The notes under the pieces are model-generated. The model was not told where the DNA came from. It worked only from the letters and a program-made list of their open reading frames with translations, and made no database searches. Shown here one piece after another: positions 23,901 through 39,690 of a stretch of 64,000 nt of DNA (positions are counted from its first letter, which is position 1; every line of letters begins with the position of its first letter). The translations under genes and the position numbers were made by a program. The stretch is from Podarcis bocagei (taxonomy: Eukaryota): assembly GCA_964188305.1 (NCBI GenBank), contig OZ076889.1, one strand, 5' to 3'.

Positions 23901-26293
23901 AAAATGTCCAGCAAGAGGAAAGTTCAAGTGCAAAGCAGTGGACAAGAACATAAACCATGGGTGTGTTTTACCATGCAATAGACATTACTGAATAATGTTA
24001 AAATTGTAACTGATGACAGGATATACTTCAGGGGTCGATTTAGCATCACACACATTGATCAGAAAAGATGCTCGCAGGCTGTCGTCCCATTAATGGAACA
24101 GCCACAAACTGCCTTTTGCCATGGTTTTGTGCCAATTTTAACACCGCCAGGGAAACCCTTCGGGGGAGGTGAATCATGGTGCAGTTGACAGAAGCAACCA
24201 AACTGTATGGGTGCCACTTCAAGCAAGCGCTTGAGCTAAATGGAGAGTCTGTGTGACATGAACTTTGCCTTTCGGTTAAAGTGGGCATTGTAAAAGGCTG
24301 CACATGCTTGGGCCAGCTCCCAGGTGGTACAAAAATGCACACCGGCTCCAAAACTGATTTTGGGTCCCCAAGCCTCTCGTTGCAGATGGCGGGTCATGGA
24401 ATTAGCACTCCTGATATGACATGCCTTGATGACGTTTTGTCTTGTCTGTAATTGCTCTTCTGAACCAAAGCTCTAAACAAGAGAGCCGGACTCTTATCTG
24501 ATAGAGCAACATAATCAGAGAAAATCAGAAGCAAAAATCAGCACTTGTACAGCTTTTGGAGAGGTGGAATCCAAAAACTATTCACATATTTACTAACAAC
24601 AACAAGAGAATGCAAAACACACATATTTCAGCTACGTACCAAATTCTTAAAATTCCTTACAAAATTGGTCTGCGTTGGTGTATATAAAATATATGTATTT
24701 GGAAACATTTCTATTGTTTTTAAATGAGGATGGAGGTTTGATTGGGACATATTAGACACAACTGTAAGGAAATTAGAGGTACTCGAGTCCCACTGAAATC
24801 AGAAGGGCTTACCTACTTAAGTGCCCTGTATCACCAATTATTTCAACGGTAATCTGATTTTGGATGAGTTCACACAGAGCTTTATGCCATGGTTAACATA
24901 AGCCGGGGTTTCTAAACAAAAAGCACACCATGGCTTATTAGCATAATTTGCTTGTGGTTAATAAACCATGATTAAGCTGCTGGCTGGGGTTCAGGCAAGA
25001 AAATTAAACCATGATTTATTAAACCATGTCTTAGTGTTATGTGCAAACCATGCCACTCTCAAGAATGTGCCTGTCCTGCGACAAAAAATGAAGGTGTCCG
25101 CCTTCAAACTTATCTATTTATAGTCTTGGATATTTGTTGCAGTATTTTCCATTATAACTATTTCTCAACAGACAGCCATCTTAGGCCATTGCAGCAAAAA
25201 GAACCAAGAATCTTGAGACGTCTGAAAAATAAATGTGCAAGTCTTTAAGGGGCATGATCATCTAAAAGGCAGTTGGGCTGGAAATTTGCTCAGTATGATG
25301 GGCCATATTAGAACCATATCAGTAACTTCCAAACAGCTAATCAAATAACACAAAAGGGGTCTTTCTGCTTTTTATCAAAGTCTAACCACAAATCTCAAAG
25401 GCAGAATTCTAAGGTTTCGGAAGGTAGTGGACTGTCCAGGAAGCAAGGGAACTGTACAACCTCTAAGCTTGCTTCATGAAGCTTAGGAAATCTTTTCAGC
25501 AAAACAAAGGCTGAGGCGGAGTCCCTATTTCATATAATTATCTGAAAACCCTCCCCCAATGCCAGATGAAACTGGCATTCTTATACAAGCCAGGGCAAGG
25601 TTGGTGGATTGTATCTCCCACAAGATCTTCAAGGATTATTTTCATGGTTTGGGTCCACACATACATCAGAATCAGCTGTATTAGGTCACTGAACAGCTGC
25701 AGAGGAATTTGAATTTTGTACATCTCAGAGTCAAAACAAAGGACTCTATCTTGGCACCCAGTTGAAGCCCATTGACCTAATTCTTAAGAGATTTGAGAGC
25801 TGGGACTAAACTCAAGTTCATTTCACTCTTGCTCAGAGCTTAATGTAGCAAAAGACTATTAATACTACAGTTATACGTTAGGATACGAGTGAACGTCTTT
25901 CTAACGGGAAACAGTTTTTTGCATTCAAGGTCTTTGAGCATTAGAACTTAAATCGACCCCTGTGTTGGGGGGTGAAAATATGGTAGGAAGAAATGGTATT
26001 CTGTGTCAATATTGATGAGAAATGGAATACAAAAATAACAAACTAGTGATGGTAAAAAGTGGCTCATTCACCAAAGAACCTCATTAGTGTCATAATACAA
26101 ATGCATTCATGCACTACCTAAATTGTCTAAAATGACCACAACAGTTTGACTGGTATTTCTTTGGTTAATTAATTCAGGTCAATAGCAGACAGCAACAGAA
26201 ATACCCACAGCTAGCACATGTGGGCAAAGCATTGGCAAGAGTCATCATCAGACCAATCTATTAGTGTTCTTTACTAACTAAAACATTACCTAC

Positions 26294-26308
26294 CTCCCAG
26301 CCAGTACT
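26294..26308 (-). CDS. DOCK7: DOCK7 15-nt microexon (STGWE)
   Basis: Long U-tract...ttacacag|AGT ACT GGC TGG GAG|gtaggt; phase 0-0; matches the recalled HQ-STGWE-RMFG form of human DOCK7. Confidence 0.88.
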
Positions 26309-27916
26309 CTGTGTAATAAAAAGTAAAACAAAAAAACAAAAAACAAAAAGGTATGTCACAGGAACAAGACCAGCTCCTTTTCAAAGGCCAAAACACAACC
26401 ATCAACAATACGGTGCTATCCACTTGAAATGGCTTAGCTGCCACACATTTAAGTTAGCCTTTCGTTTCATAGCCCAGAATCAATATTAAGTATGAAGAAG
26501 CTCCATTATCGGGCACTGGAAATCGAACGTAAATGCAAATCCTCTGGCAATCGGAAATTATTACATTGCATTCACCATTCCAGCCTGAAGTTCAGCCACT
26601 GAAACCCAGGTTAGTCCTGCTGGAGGAATTCAGTTTTTGAGCTGAACGGCATGCTGTGGAACACAATTGCAATTCCCAAGTAATGAATGGCAATGCTCAT
26701 TTTGTGTCATTGTTGTTTATATCCATAAAGCAAAATGCAAACCATTCTTCATTTGTGCTTGAGTTCCAGTTAAAAATAATCATATAGCACAACCAGTTGT
26801 CCAAACAGTATCTCCCTGCTAAATTCAGGAAGTAAAAATGTAACCAAAATGGAAAATAACAGCCTCAATCTAGCAGAACCTCTGGAGGCCCTGCGCAGAT
26901 ACAAATGCCCTCATTTATCAGTATATGGCCAACAGCTGGCTGCAATTTTGTGCCCAGGCACCCACTGTTCAGCTTCAAATCCTGGTTTCAAATGATTAAG
27001 GGGGCATGCTTAACATTAGCTTTCATGTTAATTAACCATGGTTAAATTCCGCTGGCATTAGCCTGAACTGTCTGGGAATGTGCCTTAAATTTTGCTTAGA
27101 GTCTAATCTGATCCCAGCTGCTGTGGTGCCAACCTGCCCTTGTTTTGGCCCCCACATACCATAGAAAATTTAGCTGTTGCATTCATCAACATGGAAGAAG
27201 CAGGACCGCATTGAGTCACATGCTCTTCTCTTGGTATCCACGTGTGCTGCATGAATGTCTGCAGAGAGGGGTCCTTCATCTCTATAACTATACATGCGAA
27301 AACCCCGTCCCACCCCAACGTTCGTGCTGTAGATGCAGACATGGCAGGGCACAGACTGGACTGTGTGAGATGGGAGAGGGCTGCTTGCAGCAGCCTCACT
27401 TCTTCTTCCCTTGTTGATGAACATGGGAGCTTTAATGCCTCCACTGGGCTCTTCTCTTGGCCCATGGAGCCATCTTTCAGTGACACTTCCAGCCCACTTC
27501 TCCACACCCAAAAGTAGGGTCATTCATCACTACGCAGCCTCTACAATGCAGGTCACGGTTTGCACAAGCAGAGAGATGTTGCAGCACCAAAAAAGAGATA
27601 CCTGCCAAATAGGTAGCTCAAAATGCAAAAGAGTAAAATTAAATCCCCAGGCTGTCCTTCTATGTATAGCTTTGGGCTGCAATATTATACCTGCTTACTT
27701 ACAGCTAAGTAACTCAATGGGAGTAAACAGGATTGCAGTATGAAAACACCTTAACTACAGTTTCACATGTTGTGAAGTCAGTCTCTAGCCTGGAAAACAC
27801 AAGTAGAGAATGAATTTGTAGCACACTACATGATAGTGACCTGACTTAGGTGAAAGGCTCTGGAAAAATTAGGACTGATCTGATCGCTCTCGTTGCCTAG
27901 TTTTGCTGATTTTTTA

Positions 27917-28201
<285 letters not shown>

Positions 28202-29338
28202 CTACAAAACAGTGTCAATGTCAGGCGGGTCTATCGATCCATCAAAAAAACAGACATGCAGCAGCCTGAGTACAACATGTTATTAAAATGCTTATATTAC
28301 AATAATGAAATTAAAACACTTGCTTGGGATTATTTGGTTACTGAGATGGAACAAGTAATGCATGATATAAGTATCAGTCGTGTGTCAGACCTGTGCAAAT
28401 GTACATTTTGCCAAAAGTTTGCAAGACTCCATGCATCAAAGGCCAATTTAAACTAGATGAATACTGAGTTAAGACTCCCAGCTCATGTGCTGGTCCATGT
28501 GTGAAGGAAGCAGCTAACAGCCTATGTAGCAGCTGTGCTGGGATGCCAGCATGTTTGCTTCAGCCCATGGAATGAGAGCCTTTTTAAAGATTATATAAAA
28601 CTGTGTTCCAATCCACAGACAGAAGTTTCCTAACACTACAGTCAAGGCCAACCTTGATGACACAGAAATTTGAGGAACTGTAGTGCTGAACAAGGTTTCA
28701 TAGCAACTTCTGAATGCACATTCCAGTTGGATCCTGATTTAGCACAGCATGTTGGAGAACCAGCTTAGCCATGATCCCAATGGCACAAAATATGTGGGCT
28801 GGTTCGCAAGCAACTTGAGTCAATGCTGCTGCCACTTAAACGACTGAATTCAGTGCAGCTGAGCAGCTGAAATGCAAATACTGAAGTTTCTATACTTTTC
28901 ATTGTGCATTTGAGTTGCACCCAGTGTTTACTGACATACAGAACGGGTGGGGAACTATTTTCCGGCCTGCATTCCCACCTGGAAATTCCCCATTCCAGCT
29001 GTGAGTGTGGCCAGAGGCAAAAGTGGGCGAAACAACTGATGTGATTCTCACTTATGTATGATAGGCTGTATTCAAGCCAGAGGTTTCTATGTCCACATCC
29101 CTCCCTCTCTCTCCATTCAAACAAACAAGAGGATTTATCGCAGCTCAAGAACACTTGAGAAGAATGCCAAGCAGAGCAGGTGAGAGGTGGGGTCCAGGGG
29201 GAGGGGCCATGTTATGAGAAGGGGCGTGGCCTGGGGATAATCCAGAGGTCTGCATTTGGCCCTCAGGCCTGTGGTTCCCCACCCCAATGCAGGACACTGA
29301 TTGTATATACTATGCAACCATAAGGGAGTACTGTACTA

Positions 29339-29578
<240 letters not shown>

Positions 29579-30019
29579 TCATTCATCACCAGGTTCAGGC
29601 AATGCTTTGCTGCAAAGTCTGAAACCAAAGTAGCTTCCATTCTGCCGAAGTCCTACTCTAATGGAACATAGTAACATGTAATTAAACTTTAGTTTTTTGT
29701 TTTTGCTCTGCAGAATGTTAATTTGAAATATAGGTTTACCCACAAGGTGTTCTTTTTCGGGGGGAAAGCCACTGTACCAAAGACCTATCCTCTTTGAGAA
29801 GAAACATGAAACCAAACTACTTTAGGAATTATTGGACAAGTAAATAAGTATGGCAAATTCCTTTGTACATGGCCGAAATTAGTAACAGAAAGAGCTTTTA
29901 GCTAATGTGCCTCCAATATATTGTACCAGCAGCCAAAGTGGAGAAATGCAATTCTATCACATGAATTTTTGGGAAATGTTCTTTTAATATAAACAACGCT
30001 ATGTTTTCTGGGGGGCTTA

Positions 30020-30304
<285 letters not shown>

Positions 30305-30365
30305 TCAGTGTACGTTTACTTACTCACATTTTCTTAAGACGGCAGAATATCCAGTAAAACTGTAC

Positions 30366-30466
30366 CTGTACATCAAGTCCACCAGCATCTCTGGGTCTTC
30401 TTGGTGCTCCTTCATCTTAACTGTATCAGACAGGATCATATGGAGGTTGAACACAAGATCTTGGAC
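30366..30466 (-). CDS. DOCK7: DOCK7 exon ([34 protein letters not shown])
   Basis: 101 nt, GT-AG, phase 0-2; 90-nt downstream intron. Confidence 0.95.
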
Positions 30467-30656
30467 CTGAAATGGGAGGGAATGAAACAAATATTCTGCG
30501 CAAAACAAGTATTTGTTGGTTACTTCGAATCTGTGTGACAGGAATTCAAATGCGAAAATCGCTTGCCATTGTTTATTTTTTAAAAAATGAACCCTGCCAG
30601 GGAGACATCATGTTCCCCTCCATCATTTCTAATTTTGCATTTGTCACCAGTCAATA

Positions 30657-30886
30657 CAGTGGTGCCTCGCAAGACGAAAAGAATTCGTTCCGCGAATCTT
30701 TTCATCTTGCGATGTTTTTTGTCTTGCGAAGCACGGTCCGTCGCAACTGCGCCTCTTCGTTTTAAAAAAAGCTTGCGAAGCAAGCCCATAGGGAAATTCG
30801 TCTAGCGAAGCAATGCAAAACCGAAAAACCCTTTCGTCTAGCGAGTTTTTCGTCTTGCGAGGCATTCGTCTTGCGGGGCACCACTG
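30657..30886. mobile_element. 230-bp Tc1/mariner-type MITE, same family as 7679-9342
   Basis: TA|cagtggtgcctcgcaagacgaa...ttcgtcttgcggggcaccactg|TA; repeated internal gtcttgcga motifs. Confidence 0.9.
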
Positions 30887-31423
30887 TATTTGTTAATTCT
30901 GTGTTCATTCATTCATCCAGCAAAGTTGGACTGAATTATTTGAGTGGATGAGCAGTTTCTTAGAAATGTCAAGTCAGACTTCATTTTTTGTTGTTCATTT
31001 CACAATTTAATCTGTCTGATTTAAAACCTTAACACAATTTTCTATTGTTATTTTATGTGAGACATTTTTAGACCAACTTTCATCAGATTGGATTTCAGAG
31101 TGATGCAGAGCAACACAAATACAAAAGAAACCCTCACCACAAAAAACAAAAACAAACTAGGGCTATCCAATCTGATGCCCCACAGATGTTGCTGGACTTC
31201 AACTCCCATCAGCCCCAGTCAGCACATCCATTGGTCAAGGATTATGGGACCTGAAGCCCCCCCCCCCAATCTGATTACATTTTCATGTATCACTCCATGT
31301 TCACATTCAGGTTTGCATCATTGGGAATTCCAATATGGATCAACATCCTACTGAGTCTAAAAGCAAGTAAGCTGAAAATTGTGGGTCTTAAGGAAATAAA
31401 ATAACCCATACTTATCTATGTCA

Positions 31424-31624
<201 letters not shown>

Positions 31625-31939
31625 TTACTGTGCCAATAACGTCAGGTGACAACACCAGCTTAATAGGCATCGCAGTCCCAAACCAAAAAGTACAGCAAAC
31701 ATTTGATTTTCCTGAAGGGGTCTGGCCAGAACTCCATCCATCAAAATGATTAATTTATAGCTGAGTTGTTTAACTCCAGATTAAAGTGTTCTCCTTTAAA
31801 GACGACACAAGCCTTTTGGTCCGTGTGTGACTATTCAGATTTAAAATATATGACCCTCAAAAAATCAGTGCTCCTCACTTGTCTTCTCTTGCACCAGTTT
31901 GGATAGGCATTGCACCCCATGCTTGCAGAAACACTATAC

Positions 31940-32437
<498 letters not shown>

Positions 32438-32526
32438 CTAGAAGGACAGCGTGAGAGACAAGCATTCAGCAGTTGTGGCTGCACCCCAAACGCCAACACA
32501 ATGTTGAATTAATTGCACCACAATCA

Positions 32527-32940
<414 letters not shown>

Positions 32941-32985
32941 TCAGAATACACTTTCTACAGGGGGCATTGCTAGTCTTGCTCACTA

Positions 32986-33153
<168 letters not shown>

Positions 33154-33596
33154 TTAAAAATAAATTTTCTTTGGAGAAGCGAGGAAAATAAACTTTTTGT
33201 TGCAGCTGGAAAAATAAGATTGCTTATCAGATAATCACCATGCTCTAACAGAACACTTTAGCAGCAGGAACCACCAAAAACAGGCTCAATACAAAAGCAA
33301 GGATGGGGAATCTCTGGCCCTCCAGATGTTATCAGATTCCAGCGCCTATCAGAGCCCAGGCAACATGGCCAATGGTCAAGGGCCTCTGCCTGTGATCCCA
33401 GAGATCCACCGCCAATCAAAGCAGATATTACTGGGCTGGATGGACCAATGGCTTACATGATATAAGAACTTTAAGATGAAATAAAGCTAATAATGCTTGC
33501 AACAAAATGAGGAGCAGAGTAATAAAAGATAAAGAGAAAAAGGAAACCACATTAGCATGTTCGTGATAAGCTTGGGAGTACAGTGAGAGAAAAACA

Positions 33597-33733
33597 GCAG
33601 TGGGGGACCCATGGCACTCCCAATGTTGTTGGACTACAACTCCCATCATTCCTAACTGTTGGCCACAGTGGCTGGATCCTATGGGAGTTGGGATCCACTG
33701 ACATACAAAGGACCACAGGTTCCCCATCACTTG
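33597..33733. mobile_element. Degraded palindromic hAT MITE related to 5710-5845
   Basis: Core gactacaactcccatcat...atgggagttg; further remnants near 31160-31255, 33300-33380 and 63390-63497. Confidence 0.55.
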
Positions 33734-34801
33734 CTTAAGGAGATGTTACATTAACAGCTGAGATAGTGTGTGTGTGTGTTTGTATTTTATAAGAATCTGA
33801 TGAGAAGCTTGAAGATAAACTGAAACCACTGCACTGTTAAAAAATTTCAGTGGGATTGTTGCACTTGCTAAGTTTGTAGGAAATTATGGTCTCCCAAATC
33901 TTATCAAACCACTTCTATTCAGAAGGTTGCTTGGGTCCCTACTGTGGTACTAGGCAAAAGCCTACTAAAACAGAAGAGACTTTCAACAACATTTTGTGAT
34001 GTGGAATGGGGCAGCTCTTCAAAGAAAAATAGCCCACTGGATGGGCAAACAGAGACAAGGTCTCAGGAAGCCCTCTTCTCTCGAGAAACCAAGAGATTTT
34101 TCTTCCATGAAAAATATATGATCTATGGCTCCTCCTGGACATGTCTGAGTTGGCACAACTGAAGTAGTTCTTTGAATCCTAACTAACACGATTCGTATAT
34201 ATCCTCCCTTTCATAAAGGGTCTTTCCCTGCTAATGGTGCCCACTGTTTCTTCATGAAAGCCAAAGGATTAAAATTACAAAGTGTGCTGCAGAACACAGT
34301 TTGGTAAGGGAAACTAGGGCTACACTGAAGAAAATGAGTATCTTTTTATTCATCTTTACATCAGTGAAGACAGCATGGCACTTTATGATGTGAACACATG
34401 GTGGCGCTAAGAGAATAAATTTCTGGCGAACATTACTAGGTAGTAGGTACCAGTGGAAATGTCTATGTGATGTATGAAACGTCCTGCTGATGTCCTGCTG
34501 TGCTATAATGCACCATACATGCTTCCCAAAAGCCGGCAATGATCTGTCATAAATGGTAGCAGTACATGCTACTGTATGCACCAATCTGGAGCAGGCAATA
34601 TGCACTGCTAGCAACAGACCAACCAACATCATTTTTACTGGCGCGGTGGGCGGGGGCACATTGTTGGAAAAGTGGAATTTAGTCCACTTGACTTCCACTG
34701 TAGTATGTGTTGGAAGCTGGCCAGAGTGGCTGGGGCAACCCAGCCAAATGGGCAGGGAATGATAATAAACTAATAATAGTAATAATTCAATTGGTCAACA
34801 C

Positions 34802-35393
34802 CATAGCTGTCAAGTGTCCCTTATTTGAAGGGACAGTCCCTTATTCCAGCACTATGTCCCGCTGCTGTCCCTTATTGATGGATGTCCCTTAAATGTCCCT
34901 TAAATGATGTCCCTTAAATTTCAAAGGAAGCAGCTCCTCTCCCTCCCTCCCTGCTGGCCAGGGAGGAGGGAGGCTCCAACTGTGTTGCTTGGCTGTGTTG
35001 CTCACCCAATAAGAAGTCTAAGAACGACTGGGGGTGGAGCTTGCATGCCTTGTGTGTGGCTAGTTAATGCAAGCTGAGGGGTGTTTTGAATGCTGGACGC
35101 CATTTTGTTGCACTTACTGCTGCAAACTTTGCAGTGCAAAGCCATCTTAAGTTGAGGCTGCATAGGCCTTGTGGTGCATGTGATTCAGATTCTATTCAGT
35201 TGAACCTCTGGTTACAAAGTTGGTTGGACAGTGTTCTCAAAGCTACCAGCATGAGTTTGACCAGACTGCAGGAGGACAGGAAGACTGGAGTGCCTGGAAC
35301 AGGTGAGGCTGCAGGTCCCTTATTTTGGTTGCTGGTCCCTTATTTTGAAGGCTGCTGGTCCCTTATTTTCAAATCTGTAAGTTGACAGCTATG
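34802..35393. mobile_element. 592-bp hAT-type non-autonomous element
   Basis: 12-bp TIR catagctgtcaa/ttgacagctatg; 8-bp TSD gtcaacac/gtcaatac; repeated subterminal gtccctta motifs. Confidence 0.85.
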
Positions 35394-35456
35394 GTCAATA
35401 CTAGCTGCCTGCTAAAAATCCTACTAGGAGCACCAAGCTCCTCCTTCCCTCTAGGG

Positions 35457-35483
<27 letters not shown>
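35457..35483. repeat. (GT)n microsatellite
   Basis: About 13 GT units. Confidence 0.9.
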
Positions 35484-35487
<4 letters not shown>

Positions 35488-36924
35488 CGCGCAAGGGCAA
35501 CTTCTATTGCAGTCCTTACATGAAGAGAAAGCTTCTGTAGAGCCTGGAAATGGCAGGGCTTGTACCTGGGACCTTACTACATGCAAAGCATATGCACTAC
35601 CACGGAGTCACACCTTTCCCACATTTTACCACATTTATTTCTGAGCCGGACAGAGCCTTTGGCAGAAAAGGAGAAAGCTGTCCAGGAGCCCAAAACACGG
35701 TGATGCATCAGCAGGCTGGACTGAGATCTTGCACAAGAATGAACATCTCCCGGGCTAAATCTGTTTTAAGGGCACTGTCCATACACTCACACTGTGCTAG
35801 GCAAAACTGAATTGTACAGAAGGCAGTGAATGTCCTGGTCTTGCAGGTGCTGCAAAGGCTTTGAAAAGGAGAGTGCTCTAGAATTCTTAAAAGGAGATCT
35901 ACAGATCTCTAGTTTATTCCTGCCTACAGTTTATATGCCATGTGACCTTCTTGCATTTCAGCTGGTGGACCCTTTAACCAAACACCTCCAGAATTTTTAC
36001 CGGGATCAAATTAAGACTACATCAAAAAGATGTAATGTTAATTGGACTGTCAGGGAACTGCAATTTTCACACCAAAATTCAGATGTGCCCAGCACTATGG
36101 GGGGAAAAGGGAAATCCTGTAGCAGCATATACACACACACCCTCACACTTCACAGCCACGTCATGTTGCAAAAAACAAACAAACCCACAGACCTTCTGCA
36201 AAGCACCTCAGTCAAACAAAACCTGCACTCAGAGCCTTATTAGAAGACAAAAAGCATGCCAAGCAAAGCTGCAACCGTAAGTCCTACACCTAACCAACAC
36301 CCCACCCCAACCATTTCAAACCCCAGCAGGCACTCGTACAACAAAAGGAACCACTGAAGTCACAGGCAGGCATACAAAGCTGCTGCCAAGCGCCAAAAGC
36401 CAGAATTGCAATAGCAAAAGTACAAACGCACAACAGGGGAAAAAATTAAATACAGCAGTACACCAGTGCTACAGTACCTGGCTGGTTTGTGGCTTCTAAA
36501 AACACAGCACATGTGGGGAAAATAATCAAAGTGATGGATTAGGGCAGGAGAGGAGTCAGCTTGGAGAACTCCAGAATGCTCTAATAGAGTAAGTGACCGA
36601 TGGCACACATGCAATTACACCTAGTTACTCTTGGCTGCAACTTAAAGCACCCTATAGCCGTCTTATCAGTGCATTGGTCATCTTCCCTTACAGCACAATC
36701 CTATACAAGTCTAGTCAGGAGCAAGTCCCATTGAGTTTCATGACACTTACTACCAGGGAAATGGGTGTAGGATTGCAACCTCCTTTTCTTTTAAATAAAC
36801 AACACACGTGTGTGACAGCAGTGTTCTTATGAGGTTAGTCCTGTCTCAGTTCAGGGCCAGACCTGCTCATACTGTGAGGAGCAAGGAGCAAGGCAGTCCC
36901 TATCTTGGCCAACTGGCCATTTCA

Positions 36925-37186
36925 ACATTAAAATGTTTGGGTACCAGGCAGAGGGCCTTCTCGGTAGTGGCACTAGCCCTGTAGAACGCCCTCCCACCAG
37001 ATGTCGAAGAGAAAAATAACTACCAAACTTTTAGAAGACATCTGAAGGCAGCCCTATTTAGGGAAGCTTTTAATGTTTAATAGGTTATTGTATTTTAGTG
37101 TTCTGTTGGAAGCCGCCCAGAGTGGCTGGGGAAACCCAGCCTGATGGGCGGGGTATGAATAATAAATTATTATTATATTATTATTA
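36925..37186 (+). mobile_element. L2 LINE 3' end
   Basis: ggaagccgcccagagtggctggggaaacccagcctgatgggcggggtatgaataataaattattatt tail; shorter copies near 34710-34780 (+) and 63505-63555 (-). Confidence 0.75.
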
Positions 37187-37203
37187 TGGGCAAGGTAGCA
37201 TTA

Positions 37204-37422
<219 letters not shown>

Positions 37423-37755
37423 TTAAATGATTATTGCACTTCAAAATTAATTATCATCAGTGTTGACTAATCCTTTCAATACGAAAAGGAACCAGCTTCC
37501 AAGCAAACGTGTGAGTAAATCAACACTATCTACCAAAACAGGAGAAGGAAACCTTTTTCAACTGGAGGGCTACATTCCTTCATAAACACCCTTCCAGGGG
37601 CCACACACCAGGGGTGGACCAGGGGCCTGAGAAAAAAGGGAGCCGGACAACAGGTGTAACATTTCCCTTTGTACATTAGGCTACATTTCAGTCACACGCA
37701 CACAAAATGTGGAGGAGAGACACTGGTTTTACACATACATACCTCCATCCAAATA

Positions 37756-37980
37756 CAGTGGTACCTCAGGTTACATACGCTTCAGGTTACATACGCTTCA
37801 GGTTACAGACTCCGCTAACCCAGAAATATTACCTCAGGTTAAGAACTTTGCTTTAGGATGAGAACAGAAATCATGCTCCGGCAGCGCAGCGGCAGCAGGA
37901 GGCCCCATTAGCTAAAGTGGTGCTTCAGGTTAAGAACGGACCTCCAGAATGAATTAAGTACTTAACCCGAGGTACCACTG
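37756..37980. mobile_element. Tc1/mariner-type MITE nested in an older hAT-like element (about 37540-38143)
   Basis: TA|cagtggtacctcaggtta...taacccgaggtaccactg|TA; internal tandem caggttacatacgctt. Confidence 0.85.
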
Positions 37981-38566
37981 TAGTAAGAGGAACCATCAAA
38001 ATGCAAGGACACTCAAAGAAGTGCGGAGTATGGTCAGTGAGAGCCAGGGTCCTGAACGGGGCATCACCTGGAGGGAGCCTTGAGGGCCAAATATACAGGT
38101 TTGAAGAGCTATATTTGGCCCTCGAGTCTGAGGTTCCCCACCTTTGTTCTGTAATATCTCATTAACACTATCAGGATAGTTTACTATTCATAAATTCAAG
38201 ACTAGCTCAGTATCAAGGAATGTCGCATCACTGACTCCAGAGGGCTCCACTGCAGAGGGCCCAGTACAACCAATGTTTCCCCTGCTCTGTCAGAGTAAAG
38301 GACTGCTGGCATGGGGCAGCTTTCATGAAAAGTGGACAGAATCACTGTTCCTATACAGGACTCAGTTGGAGGCCGACTGCTGCTGAAGCAACATCCAAGC
38401 TCTGCCTCTTTCTGGCATTCAGCCTGAGCCTGAACAAGGCAGATTTGCTTTACTTGGCCTGGCTTGTCACTGCAGAGGTCAATGCTTGCCGGAGGACTGC
38501 GGCCCCTCTCCCTGTCCATCACACAAAGCTGCCTTAGCACAGTGCATGAAGGGGCCTCCCATTTCA

Positions 38567-38743
<177 letters not shown>

Positions 38744-38960
38744 TCACAAGAAAGAGGACAGAACATGAAACAAGAGTCAGTCCTTTTTAAAAACAAAGAA
38801 AGCCCATTATAATTTAATACACAAATAAAGCAAATTATTTAGGCAGCTTCCTATATCTAACACAGAATTTGCAGTATCCACAAATTATACTTCTAATCTT
38901 TCTTTTGGGAGAAGCTAAGACAGTTAAACTTGCTACAAAGTGGTATATATTTCTAGCGTT

Positions 38961-39099
38961 CAGGGCTTCTTTTTCAGTCGGAACTTGCCGGAACTCTGTT
39001 CTGGCACTTCTCAGGTGGGACGCCACTGTCATTCTAAAAGAATGAGGGAAGCATTCATGGTAAGTTCCGGCACCTCGTTTTCCTAGAAAAATAGCACTG
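38961..39099. mobile_element. Short hAT-type MITE
   Basis: cagggcttcttttt...aaaaatagcactg; degenerate 8-bp TSD ctagcgtt/gtagtgtt. Confidence 0.6.
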
Positions 39100-39690
39100 G
39101 TAGTGTTGAATCATCCTACGTTTGCTTTCGTGCCTATCCTTGGCTAACTAGAGAACTGTGAATCATGGAGAAATTTGAATCAATCAGTTGTTCCTTCAGC
39201 AAAGCAGAGAAAGACCCTTCCGAGCAAAAAGGGAGGAGATGGTACTAACTCACTGGCTCTCAAGAATGTTTAGTGGGTACAATCCCAAGCAAGGATTGTA
39301 TGCTGAGCAAAGCAGGGCAAAGACTCCAGAAGCTCGAAAACAGGAATTTAGTTTCCCTTTCTGATGGGAATTTGGTTTGGTGGAGACTTAAAGGGTGAGA
39401 AACACGAAGGAAACATTGTTAGAAGATCTGCTTTTAACTGAGTAATGGTTGTGTGGTTCTGAATTCAGCGGCAACCATTTTGTGTGAGGGTGCTGTTCCT
39501 GACCCCTGCACATGCTGGCGGAGGATGAATAAGGCTACCTCGCCCTGCCCCATTTTCCAGCCACTTCTAGGCTGGCAGCGACGAGCATGTGCATGATCGC
39601 GCATCAATCGGACACATGTACACTGCTTTCTGCCTGTATCGCTTCACTTCTCTGAAAAACATGAGCGTAATTGTCTTGCTGCTACTATAC

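Noticed and set aside
26174-26248. Possible C/D box snoRNA on the - strand (ATGATGA ... CTGA, about 75 nt)
   Set aside because: No terminal stem and no recognisable guide complementarity.
27103-27523. Cluster of 90-134 aa ORFs on both strands in the hinge intron
   Set aside because: No recognisable domain, mostly non-ATG starts and no convincing in-frame splice sites.
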